The position numbers and the translations under genes were made by a program. From Ignavibacteria bacterium (GTDB taxonomy: Bacteria; Bacteroidota; Ignavibacteria; Kapaibacteriales; Kapaibacteriaceae), in contig JBKCLO010000032.1 in NCBI GenBank assembly GCA_046300675.1, positions 26,773 through 90,772 on the forward strand: a stretch of 64,000 nt of DNA, read 5' to 3'. Of the stretch, positions 46,649 through 55,692 are shown in pieces. The notes under the pieces are model-generated. The model did no database searches. It saw only the letters and a list, made by a program, of their open reading frames with translations, and had not been told where the DNA came from. Within the stretch, counting starts at the first letter, position 1. Every line of letters begins with the position of its first letter.

Positions 46649-47449
46649 ATGCGTTGCACTATCTCTACGATACTTCTTCTCCTGACCACGTATTGTCTCC
46701 AGGCCCAGATAGCCGGGGAAGGCAGCCGGCCGCAGGGGGAAGAGCCCACCATGAAGATGCCGGATGATGAAGCGATTCGCATCATCAAGCAGCAGGCACT
46801 CGAGACGCAGTTCGGGTTGCACTACGTACAGTCTATCTCGCAAGGAAATCTGCGCAGGGTCTTCGAGTTTACCGATGCTCCTGCTGTTGGGTACGGCTTT
46901 GGGGCCGAAGGTGGTTTGTATTTCGATCCCATGCCGCTTGCCATCGGTTGGGAGGTAGGACTATTGTTCAACGGAGCAGAATCAAAGACGCTTCGCGCTA
47001 ATGACTTTTACAACACGCGCTTTATCGTCTCTTCTTCCAATGTGCAGATTCCAATTTTGATGCACGTGCGTTTCGAGCCCAACATCGAATCGTGGGTCTT
47101 TCCATATGCAGAAGCACTGGGTGGTTTTACTGTCTACTCATCGTCGGTGTCCATCGAACGCATTCGCGGCGTTGATACCGCCAGAAGCTCCGATGGGAAT
47201 GGATCCATAACGTGGAATTACGGTATCGGGGCAGGGGTGGCAATCAAGATAGCCGACGTGATAACCTTGCCAAACTCACTTCAACGCACATTATTTGATG
47301 TGCGGATTCGTTACATGTGGGGCACAGATGCAGCAATTCCTAACGCAAAACTTGACGATGGCAATGATCTTGGATATTCACTTGATGAGGTACTAGTGGT
47401 TGTGCCCCAAGTTGTGATGTTCAGGGCGGGATTTATCTTTCAGATGTAA
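46649..47449 (+). CDS. Putative outer-membrane beta-barrel protein
   Basis: Signal peptide ...TTYCLQA followed by Q. Alternating beta-strand pattern. C-terminus ...VVMFRAGFIFQM. Confidence 0.62.
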   Translation: MRCTISTILLLLTTYCLQAQIAGEGSRPQGEEPTMKMPDDEAIRIIKQQALETQFGLHYVQSISQGNLRRVFEFTDAPAVGYGFGAEGGLYFDPMPLAIGWEVGLLFNGAESKTLRANDFYNTRFIVSSSNVQIPILMHVRFEPNIESWVFPYAEALGGFTVYSSSVSIERIRGVDTARSSDGNGSITWNYGIGAGVAIKIADVITLPNSLQRTLFDVRIRYMWGTDAAIPNAKLDDGNDLGYSLDEVLVVVPQVVMFRAGFIFQM

Positions 47450-47473
47450 CACAATCTTCATTACGAGGACCCT

Positions 47474-47884
47474 ATGACTTTCTTTCGTGTATTTCTCATT
47501 GTAGCTGTTGTTTCTGTTGGTACTGGCTGCAGAACAGTGCAGGACAATCAGCGCGATCTATCTTCTTCCCGTGAGCGCGAGCTCACTGCGGGCATTGTTC
47601 GCAAAGAGATCAAAAAGGGGATGTCTGGTGCCCAAGTAGCTGAGCTTCTTGGCTCGCCCAACATTACCACCATGGATGAAAACAACCGTGAGACGTGGGT
47701 CTACGATAAGATCGCAACGGAAGCATCGTATTCTGAAAGCCAGAGCGGAATGTTTTTGATACTTGGCGGGTTCTCTAACCGCTCCGGTGCAGCCAGCACC
47801 ACTCAACGCACGCTTACGGTTGTGATCAAGTTTAACGCAGACAGTAAGGTTGAATCATTCACATATCATCAGAGCAAATTCTAA
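47474..47884 (+). CDS. Small lipoprotein with a BamE/SmpA-OmlA-like segment
   Basis: Lipobox VGTGC. GMSGAQVAELLGSPNITTMDENNRETWVYD resembles the SmpA/OmlA fold signature. Confidence 0.6.
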   Translation: MTFFRVFLIVAVVSVGTGCRTVQDNQRDLSSSRERELTAGIVRKEIKKGMSGAQVAELLGSPNITTMDENNRETWVYDKIATEASYSESQSGMFLILGGFSNRSGAASTTQRTLTVVIKFNADSKVESFTYHQSKF

Positions 47885-48453
47885 TGGGGTCGTTTAGATT
47901 CATCATCGGACTCACCATTGTGCTGCTGGTGATTACCACGGCCTGCACTACCATTCGCTTTCCAGAGCTTGCGCGGACACCACAGACACAGCTACAGACA
48001 AGAGAGTTTCAGACTCGTGAGTTTGACACAAACGATGTAAAACTGGTGATGAAGGCCATGCTTAATGTTCTTCAGGATGACGGTTTTGTTGTCAAGAATG
48101 CTGTTACGGACCTCGGTTTGTTAACCGCAACAAAAGAGATCCAGATTAACGATAAGAGTGCCAGCAATCGCTATTGGACCGACGCCCTGGAGATTGTGTT
48201 TGATACAAGGGGCTCGAGTAGCCGCAACAGAACAACACAGGACTCCCGCTACAACAAGTTTAAGCAGGTCGAGGTAAGCGTAAATGTCTCTGAGTTGGGT
48301 AAACGATGCAAGGTGCGCGCTAATTTTCAGGCGAAGATTCTTGACAACACAGGTAACCCTGTCGAGGTATCGCCGATTGACGATCCAAAGTTCTACCAAG
48401 ACTTCTTTTCCAAGGTAGATAAGGGCATCTTCCTACAGCGCCAAGGTTTCTGA
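47884..48453 (+). CDS. Lipoprotein of unknown function
   Basis: Lipobox ITTAC. Its start overlaps the previous stop (TAATG) and its stop overlaps the next start (TGATG). I recognised no family. Confidence 0.6.
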   Translation: MGSFRFIIGLTIVLLVITTACTTIRFPELARTPQTQLQTREFQTREFDTNDVKLVMKAMLNVLQDDGFVVKNAVTDLGLLTATKEIQINDKSASNRYWTDALEIVFDTRGSSSRNRTTQDSRYNKFKQVEVSVNVSELGKRCKVRANFQAKILDNTGNPVEVSPIDDPKFYQDFFSKVDKGIFLQRQGF

Positions 48454-49205
48454 TGTACACGTTGGCCCTACGCTGTTGTGCTGGAGTATTGTTGTGTTGT
48501 GTGTTCGCACTCGACGCATACGGTCAGTCGTTGATAGAGACCGTGAAGACGGGCAATATCGAGGCTGTTCAAAGGCTCATAAAGCAAAAGAAGAAAGCGC
48601 TTAACATCAACGAGGTTGATGGGGATGGTTTAACGTCGCTTATGGTGGCAACCGTTGCAAACGATAGTGTGATGGTTGAGACGTTGCTACAGGGTGGTGC
48701 AGACCCCAACATCTCTACACCGCAAGGTGTAACCGTATTGCACTTTGCCGCCTTTCATAACCGTGACCGATTTTGTCCATTGATACTGGCGGCCGGCGCC
48801 AAGCCAAACGTACTTGACTATCGAGGACAGACGCCTCTACATGTAGCTTGTCAGGTTGGTTCTACAAACATCGTTGCCCAACTCGCAGAAGCTGGCGCGT
48901 TTGTCAACCTCCGCGATCGTAAGGGCAACCCACCACTAATCATCGCTTGTGGTAACCGCCACCTTGGTGTACTCGAAGAGTTACTTGAAAAGGGGGCTTA
49001 CGTAGATTCACGTGACATTCAAGGACGAACAGCAGTGATGTTGCTCTCTGTTTTAGGTGAAGATGAAATGCTCCGGATTTTATTACGTAGAAAGCCTGAC
49101 CTAACTATTGTCGATCATAGTGGCAAGAGCGCTCTTACCTATGCTCGTATGAATCGTAGGTGGACGATCATCAACATCCTACAACGAGCCGGCGCTCGGT
49201 ACTAA
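48453..49205 (+). CDS. Secreted ankyrin-repeat protein
   Basis: Signal peptide ...VFALDAYG followed by Q. At least five ANK repeats, for example DGLTSLMVATVANDSVMVETLLQGGADPN, GVTVLHFAAFHN, GQTPLHVACQVGSTNIVAQLAEAGA, GNPPLIIACGNRHLGVLEELLEKGA and GRTAVMLLS. Confidence 0.88.
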   Translation: MYTLALRCCAGVLLCCVFALDAYGQSLIETVKTGNIEAVQRLIKQKKKALNINEVDGDGLTSLMVATVANDSVMVETLLQGGADPNISTPQGVTVLHFAAFHNRDRFCPLILAAGAKPNVLDYRGQTPLHVACQVGSTNIVAQLAEAGAFVNLRDRKGNPPLIIACGNRHLGVLEELLEKGAYVDSRDIQGRTAVMLLSVLGEDEMLRILLRRKPDLTIVDHSGKSALTYARMNRRWTIINILQRAGARY

Positions 49206-49282
49206 CGGTATTTGTTATACTTTTGCCGGACTCGAAAAGTAGTATACAAGTAGTATTCTAACATACATAGATAGGCCTTTAC

Positions 49283-50281
49283 ATGCCCCTTTCAAACAAC
49301 ACCAAACTGACCCGCGTTGCTGTGTTCTACGACGGGAATTACTTCCTTCATGTAAGCAATTACTATGCGTTCAACCATGTGCGCAATAGTCGATTGAGCC
49401 TGCGCGGATTGCACGAGTTTATTCGAACCAGAATAGCAGAACTTGAAGACACAGAGATGCATCTCTGTCAAATCGTAGATAGCCACTTCTTTCGTGGACG
49501 CATCTCTGCTAACGAGGCACAACAGCGCGGAAATCTGCTCTATTATGACCGTGTCTTCGAAGATATTTTGATGTGGGAAGGTGTGATCACGCACTATCTA
49601 CCCTTGCGCAACACCGGTGGGCGCAGAGAAGACAAAGGCATCGATGTCTGGATGGCGCTGGAAGCATACGAGTTAACGCTGTTGAAGAAGTTTGATGTCG
49701 TGGTCTTGATCACATCAGACGGTAATTATGTGCCCCTTGTTCGCAAGATGAACAACCTTGGTGCACGCATCATGGTGTTGTCGTGGGATTTCGAATTTGT
49801 CGACAACGAGGGCAAGCATGTTGTTACCCGAACGTCGCACGAGCTTCTCAACGAGGTCACGTACCCGATCCAGATGCACGATCTCATTGAGAGCCGCACC
49901 ACCAAGAATGAAGATGTGATTCAAAATCTCTTTGTCCGCCGCGACGATACGCAGCCGCGTCCACCTCGTGATGCGCGTGAGTATCAAGATATGATGGAAC
50001 ATAGAGCTCCGAGAATAGAAGAAGAAGTTGAGGATGACTCGGAACGATTTGAATCGTACATCTTGTCCATGAAAAATGGATATGGGTTTATCAAATACCC
50101 ACCAAACAACTTGTTCTTTCATGCATCTGATATGTTGAATGCAGACTTCCAGGATTTGCGCGAAGGAGATCCCGTTGAGTTTGCGCTTGGTCTAAACCGC
50201 GATGGTGACGAAGTTGCGAAGAGAGTAAAACTCATCTTTGACGACGACACCGTAGAAGCGGAATCAGATGATGCAGAGTAA
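49283..50281 (+). CDS. NYN (LabA-like PIN) domain protein fused to a C-terminal cold-shock domain
   Basis: NYN blocks VAVFYDGNYF, KGIDVWMALEA and VVLITSDGNYVPLVRKMNNLGARIMVL. An acidic linker follows. CSD with RNP1-like GYGFI and RNP2-like LFFHAS, then GDPVEFAL. Confidence 0.85.
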   Translation: MPLSNNTKLTRVAVFYDGNYFLHVSNYYAFNHVRNSRLSLRGLHEFIRTRIAELEDTEMHLCQIVDSHFFRGRISANEAQQRGNLLYYDRVFEDILMWEGVITHYLPLRNTGGRREDKGIDVWMALEAYELTLLKKFDVVVLITSDGNYVPLVRKMNNLGARIMVLSWDFEFVDNEGKHVVTRTSHELLNEVTYPIQMHDLIESRTTKNEDVIQNLFVRRDDTQPRPPRDAREYQDMMEHRAPRIEEEVEDDSERFESYILSMKNGYGFIKYPPNNLFFHASDMLNADFQDLREGDPVEFALGLNRDGDEVAKRVKLIFDDDTVEAESDDAE

Positions 50282-51416
50282 GCTGCCCACTACTGAAACA
50301 ACGATCTTTTCCGTCATGACAGCCCTTGCCAATGAGGTGGGGGCTGTTAATGTTTCACAGGGGTTTCCTGATTACCCAGTAGATCCCGCTCTGTGTGAAT
50401 TGCTCTACGAAGCCAGCGTACATGGCCACAACCAATATGCGCCGATGCCTGGCTTGCCCGCGCTACGAAACCAGGTTGCCCATAAATATCACGCTGTTCA
50501 CAACTGCCATGTGGATGCGAACACAGAGATCACCATCACGCCGGGTGCAACAGCTGCGTTGTACACCGCCATTGCTTGTGTGGTTGGGCCTGGTGATGGG
50601 GTCATCATCATGGACCCCAGTTATGATTCTTATGCGCCCGCTGTTCGAGCCAATGGAGGTGTTGTCTGTGCCTCGCCTCTTTTGCCTGGAACGTATCTCC
50701 CAGACTGGAATCACGTTCGCTCGTTGATTACCCCAAAGACTCGGTGCATCATCGTCAATAGTCCTCATAATCCCTGTGGCAGTGCCTTGACGTATGATGA
50801 TGTCTGTGAGCTAGCGACGATTGCAAACGAGCACAACCTGGTGGTTATCAGTGACGAGGTCTACGAGTTGATAACCTTTGATGATAATCATCACTACACA
50901 GTTCTTTCCCACCCCAGTTTGCGCAATCGTTCTTTTGTGATAACCTCATTTGGGAAGACATTCCACATTACCGGGTGGAAGGTTGGCGTATGTGTGGCTG
51001 CGCCGGACTTGATGGCGTCCTTTCGGTCTGTGCATCAATATCTGTCATTTTGTGTGAACACGCCGGCCCAATTTGCTCTTGCACGCTACATGGATGATCC
51101 TTCGCACTACATGGGTCTGTCGGAGTTCTTTCTCAGTAAGCGCAACTACGTCCGAGATAGTTTAGCGTCGAGCCAATGGACTCTGCGTCCTTGCAGCGGC
51201 TCGTACTTTCAGCTTTTAGGATACGAGAATATCTCCGATGAGCGCGATGTTGATTTTGCCAAACGCATTACACGTGAGCACGGGGTTGCAACAATACCAC
51301 TGTCACCTTTCTACCAAAACCCTGAATACTACACCGAACGGGTGGTTCGTGTTTGTTTTGCAAAAACACAAGAAACCTTATCCGCGGCAATAGAGCGCCT
51401 ATTACTCGTCCGATGA
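50268..51416 (+). CDS. Class I/II PLP aminotransferase (YbdL / methionine aminotransferase-like)
   Basis: TIFSVMTALANEVGAVNVSQGFPDY, NQYAPMPG, SPHNPCG and SFGKTFHITGWKVG (PLP lysine) fit the fold-type I aminotransferase subfamily Ib pattern. Confidence 0.9.
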   Translation: MMQSKLPTTETTIFSVMTALANEVGAVNVSQGFPDYPVDPALCELLYEASVHGHNQYAPMPGLPALRNQVAHKYHAVHNCHVDANTEITITPGATAALYTAIACVVGPGDGVIIMDPSYDSYAPAVRANGGVVCASPLLPGTYLPDWNHVRSLITPKTRCIIVNSPHNPCGSALTYDDVCELATIANEHNLVVISDEVYELITFDDNHHYTVLSHPSLRNRSFVITSFGKTFHITGWKVGVCVAAPDLMASFRSVHQYLSFCVNTPAQFALARYMDDPSHYMGLSEFFLSKRNYVRDSLASSQWTLRPCSGSYFQLLGYENISDERDVDFAKRITREHGVATIPLSPFYQNPEYYTERVVRVCFAKTQETLSAAIERLLLVR

Positions 51417-52661
51417 TCTTGGTACAATGTCGAGCCGTATGCTCTCTGAGGGCTGCGCGCATCTATCGATGATCGTCTGAATATCTTCCCGCGCAATAGT
51501 ACTATAGCGGTCCAGCGCCCTGTTGACATATGTAGGATCGTTCCAGAAAAGAGTGGTCCAGGCAACCACATCTGATACGCCGTTTACCTTTTGCAGTTCT
51601 GCTGCATGTGCCGTACGGAGCTTGTTTACTGCGGAGCCAAGCATTTCTTCTGATACAACCGTCTCTCGAAGTGCTGACGTAATAGCGTCGACGAGTTGTG
51701 CTGCTGTTGTTGATTCATCTGCACCGTAAGCATACAACGTCAGCAACGAGTCGTGGGCCCTGCGGTCCAGAAAACACCCCACGCCAGAGGCGATGCGAAG
51801 CTCTGACACCAGCTTCTTGTATAGTATTGAGCTACGCCCAGACCCTATGATCGAGGCTGAGATATCGGCATCTAGTAGCTCAGATGACGCAAAGCCCGAT
51901 GTATGAATACTCAAAAAGACCGCCGTCAACGGAACGTTGTCTTCAATAGTTAACGATGTTCCACATTGCCTCATGGCCTCGGAGAATGCCGTGCGTTCGA
52001 TCGTTGGAGTAGGTAGGGATATGCTTCCAAAGTGCTTTTCGATCAGTAGCATGGTCTCGGGTATAGAAAGATCGCCCGCAACACACAGTACAGCATTCGA
52101 AGGATGGTAGAATGTGCCGAAGAATGATCCAGCATCCTGCATGGTAACAGATGCCACATCGTCTGCTGAGCCGTAAACATCCCATGAATACGATGATTGC
52201 TCAGTATACGCCACTTCTTGTTGTGCCTTGCGCCAGACTCCGTATGGTTGGTTAAAGACGTTTTGATTGATCTCTTCGATCACAACACTACGTTGTGTCT
52301 GGAGTGCATGATCTGTTATGCGAAACGCTCTCATGCGCTCAGATTCCAACCATAAACCCAACTCCAGGTTGTGCGATGGGACGTCTATGTGATACGTGGT
52401 ATAGTCAAAGGTTGTGTATGCGTTATTCGTGCCCCCTGCTTTTGTGCAATAGACATCGTATTGCTTTTCTACGCCGGGTGCGGCGTTGTCAAACATGAGA
52501 TGCTCAAACAGGTGTGCAAGTCCTGTCTTTCCTCGATGTTCATCGTGAGAACCAACACGGTACATGACGGTGACATTAACAACAGGTGCTGCATTGTCCG
52601 GACATAGCACTACACGAAGTCCGTTTTCCAGTGTTGTGTCGTAGGGTGTGATGTGTGCCAT
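51402..52661 (-). CDS. M16 family zinc peptidase (pitrilysin/insulinase-like)
   Basis: Inverted zinc motif GLAHLFEHLMF (HxxEH) near the N-terminus. 419 aa, the typical M16 two-domain size. Confidence 0.9.
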   Translation of the reverse strand: MAHITPYDTTLENGLRVVLCPDNAAPVVNVTVMYRVGSHDEHRGKTGLAHLFEHLMFDNAAPGVEKQYDVYCTKAGGTNNAYTTFDYTTYHIDVPSHNLELGLWLESERMRAFRITDHALQTQRSVVIEEINQNVFNQPYGVWRKAQQEVAYTEQSSYSWDVYGSADDVASVTMQDAGSFFGTFYHPSNAVLCVAGDLSIPETMLLIEKHFGSISLPTPTIERTAFSEAMRQCGTSLTIEDNVPLTAVFLSIHTSGFASSELLDADISASIIGSGRSSILYKKLVSELRIASGVGCFLDRRAHDSLLTLYAYGADESTTAAQLVDAITSALRETVVSEEMLGSAVNKLRTAHAAELQKVNGVSDVVAWTTLFWNDPTYVNRALDRYSTIAREDIQTIIDRCAQPSESIRLDIVPRSSDE

Positions 52662-52691
52662 GTATGAAAGGGGGCTTAGAGAATGTGAGCT

Positions 52692-53732
52692 ATGTTTGCA
52701 GAGACCTACAAACCTACACTTATGAGCACACTTAACGTTCTCCGCGACCTGATCGCTATCGACTCGCCTACGGGGTTTACAAACAACGCGATTGACTTTA
52801 TCGAATCAACATTGCGTAGCTACGGATATACTCCTACACGCACAAAGAAGGGGGCGTTGCGCTGCTCTTTGGGCGATCGGCCAACCGTGGCTCTGGCGGG
52901 GCACACCGATACACTGGGTGCAATTGTTGCTGGGGTTAACGCCAACGGAACGCTAAAATTCTCACTTCTTGGTGGACCCTTGCTACCAAGTTTTGAGGGT
53001 GGGTATGTGCGTATCCACACATTGGATAACCGTGTGTACACTGGCACCATGCTTCTTAATGATCCATCTACCCATGCCAATAACAAAGCCGCTTCGATTG
53101 AGCGATCCACAACCGTGATGCATGTGAGGCTCGACGAGCAGGTTTCGTCCCGTGAGCAGGTCGCAGCTCTCGGAATCCGCACTGGAGACATCATAGCCTT
53201 TGACCCCAAGTACCAAGAGCTTTCTAATGGGTTTGTAAAGAGTCACTTCCTTGATAACAAGGCTGGATGCTTTGTTCTGCTTGAGGTTGCGCGCCAGATC
53301 GCTGAAACAGGTAAAGGGGCCCCTGTAGAGTTGTTCTTTAGCACGTATGAAGAGGTTGGGCATGGCGGAGCCCCCTCGCTATCGGAATCTGTGGAAGACC
53401 TACTCGTTATAGATATGGGTGTGGTGGGAGATGCATGTGAGGGCAACGAGTATTCATGCTCGATTTGTGCTAAAGATTCAGGCGGACCCTACGATTATGA
53501 TTTTCGCAGAACCCTTGTGGGGTTGGCAACACGCAACAACATCCCACACGCCATAGATGTTTACCCGTTCTATAGCTCTGATGGTACGGCCGCATGGCGG
53601 GCCGGTGTCGATGTACGTGTTGGGTTGATTGGTCCGGGTGTGCACGCCTCTCATGGAATGGAACGCACCCATGTACGGGGCATACAGGCAACTGTTGAGC
53701 TTTGCTTGCGGTACATCGAAACAAAGGCATAG
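52692..53732 (+). CDS. M42 family metallopeptidase (glutamyl aminopeptidase / FrvX-like)
   Basis: LRDLIAIDSPTGF, LAGHTDTLG, DNKAGC and YEEVGHGGA blocks fit the M42 metal-ligand pattern. An alternative ATG lies at 52722. Confidence 0.87.
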   Translation: MFAETYKPTLMSTLNVLRDLIAIDSPTGFTNNAIDFIESTLRSYGYTPTRTKKGALRCSLGDRPTVALAGHTDTLGAIVAGVNANGTLKFSLLGGPLLPSFEGGYVRIHTLDNRVYTGTMLLNDPSTHANNKAASIERSTTVMHVRLDEQVSSREQVAALGIRTGDIIAFDPKYQELSNGFVKSHFLDNKAGCFVLLEVARQIAETGKGAPVELFFSTYEEVGHGGAPSLSESVEDLLVIDMGVVGDACEGNEYSCSICAKDSGGPYDYDFRRTLVGLATRNNIPHAIDVYPFYSSDGTAAWRAGVDVRVGLIGPGVHASHGMERTHVRGIQATVELCLRYIETKA

Positions 53733-53733
53733 G

Positions 53734-55692
53734 CTACCGACAAATGACCTTGCGGAGAATAGCGCCACTCGGTGTTGTCGCAACAATAAACAGCAGTTTA
53801 TCCTTGATATCTAGTGGTGGGTGTTGCTGCTCTCTTTCGATGTGTTCGCGCGCAATTATGTTCCCTAGAACGTCGTAGATAACGACAGCGCTACCCACAG
53901 GGATGTCTGTTTCTGCTCCTTCATGAGCAATCGAAGATGGTGCCATGGTGGTAAAGGTCCATGTTGTTGTCCAGGTTCCAACCTCTGGCTGTCGAATTAC
54001 ACGAACATGCCAATAGTATGTGGTGTTAGGGTGTAGGTTCTTGAGAACCGTATCTGGGTGTGTAGTTCTTATGAACTGCACATCGGCCGTAAACGTTGAA
54101 TCTGTCGAGATTTCCACTTCGTATCCATCAGCGCCGATAACTCCCGTCCACCGCAGTGGGGTCGACGCGGACGCATCATCTGAGAAATTGGTTGGGTATA
54201 CAAGTGCGGGTTGATTACAGAGCTGTGTACCCAACATGTATTCTCCGGGCTGGATTGCTCGAACCAAGATCATTGATGATGATGGCAGGGGCGTTGAGGG
54301 TAACACTTGGAAGAAGCCTGTACCCTCGTGGGGCCTGTAGTAGACAACTACTGCTTCTGGGTTATCCTCGGCTATCGTTCGGGAAACATCAATTGTAGCT
54401 TCTAATGGTGTGTTAGATGTTGTTGTAATCAACCACCTCTCTGGCATCACATAACATGGACCATTTTCTGTAAAGTCCTGATTGTGGGGTGGGTAGGTGT
54501 GGTGTTCTATTGTAATCGTGGTTGTGTCGGTTGTTGCGGTAGGTAGTATTGTAAACCGCGTTGTGCTGTCTGCATCTGAAAACTCAACCGCACCGGCATT
54601 TGTCACTGATCGAGTTACCGCCGTCATACCTACAGTGGATTTATAGACACGATACGGAAACCACAAAGGGGTCTCGCTCTCTATTTGTGCATGTACAACA
54701 CCAGCTCTATCTACCTCGCTTGCTATGGTGCGATACTGTGTAGTACCCCAACCAATGAGGATGTTGCCATTTGGAAGTTGTTGAATACTCCCCATGGTTG
54801 GTGAAAACGCCTGTGGGTCTTCAGGGTAGTACTCCCAAGTCTTGACAGCTCTCTTTGTGGCGGTATCAAGTCTATATGCCACAACACGAGTTCGTTGACG
54901 TGGGTTAAGGCTGCCGTTGTCGAACACCATCAGCTCTCCTTCGCGCGTAAGGATGGGGGTGTGTTGATGCGAAAACCCTGCAAAACCAGCTATTGTATCG
55001 TTGACAAATTCAAAATCATTTCGTTCTGCCGCCGAGCCACCAAGCCGCCACAACACAGCACGAGAGCGTCGATCGATCTTAATGATCTGATCAAGATTTC
55101 TACATGAAAGGATAAAGTTTCCATCGAGATCTTCTATCACTGCATTGGCATGAATGTAGTCGATGCGGTTATGTGTTACATCTATGTCATACGTTGTCTC
55201 TGTCACGGGTATGTGATCGAGAGACCTCCATTCAAATGTTACTCTGCCCCACCTATCGAACTCCTGAATCACAGCACCTAAGACAACCGCAGAGTCGCTC
55301 GCACCTTGAATGGTCTGGGAAAGATCTAGTATGCGTGTTTCGCGGCCCAAGACTATTGATCGTCTTCTACGGGTAACATAGCCCTCGTGAAAGTCTGTGA
55401 TGTATGGGGGTGTAACAGCGATGGTGTCTTGCTGACGCAGTGTGTTGTCTACCTGGATGAATACACCTGTCGTTCCGTCAAAGTACGTGTAACCCCGGTA
55501 AGGTGTGGGCGTTTGGTTGATGTTTGGTCCTGAAGGTACTCCGTGTACAAAGTATCCGTTGTTGTCTATACACCCCACACTATCTGGTCGAACGCCGCTA
55601 ACAAGAAAGTAGCCAGGTGCCTGCTTGCCTGTTGTCTTAATGGACAACAAAGGATCGGTTAGTGAAAGCAACAACAACAAATGGGTGAGCAT
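53734..55692 (-). CDS. Arylsulfotransferase-like (ASST / Arylsulfotran_2) beta-propeller protein with an FN3 module and a T9SS-like CTD
   Basis: IDYIHANAVIEDLDGNFILSCRNLDQIIKIDRRSRAVLWRLGG and FSHQHTPILTREGELMVFDNG fit the ASST_2 pattern. FN3-like LRWTGVIGADGYEVEISTDSTF...TTYYWHVRV. C-terminus VVIYDVLGNIIA...GAILRKVICR. Confidence 0.8.
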   Translation of the reverse strand: MLTHLLLLLSLTDPLLSIKTTGKQAPGYFLVSGVRPDSVGCIDNNGYFVHGVPSGPNINQTPTPYRGYTYFDGTTGVFIQVDNTLRQQDTIAVTPPYITDFHEGYVTRRRRSIVLGRETRILDLSQTIQGASDSAVVLGAVIQEFDRWGRVTFEWRSLDHIPVTETTYDIDVTHNRIDYIHANAVIEDLDGNFILSCRNLDQIIKIDRRSRAVLWRLGGSAAERNDFEFVNDTIAGFAGFSHQHTPILTREGELMVFDNGSLNPRQRTRVVAYRLDTATKRAVKTWEYYPEDPQAFSPTMGSIQQLPNGNILIGWGTTQYRTIASEVDRAGVVHAQIESETPLWFPYRVYKSTVGMTAVTRSVTNAGAVEFSDADSTTRFTILPTATTDTTTITIEHHTYPPHNQDFTENGPCYVMPERWLITTTSNTPLEATIDVSRTIAEDNPEAVVVYYRPHEGTGFFQVLPSTPLPSSSMILVRAIQPGEYMLGTQLCNQPALVYPTNFSDDASASTPLRWTGVIGADGYEVEISTDSTFTADVQFIRTTHPDTVLKNLHPNTTYYWHVRVIRQPEVGTWTTTWTFTTMAPSSIAHEGAETDIPVGSAVVIYDVLGNIIAREHIEREQQHPPLDIKDKLLFIVATTPSGAILRKVICR

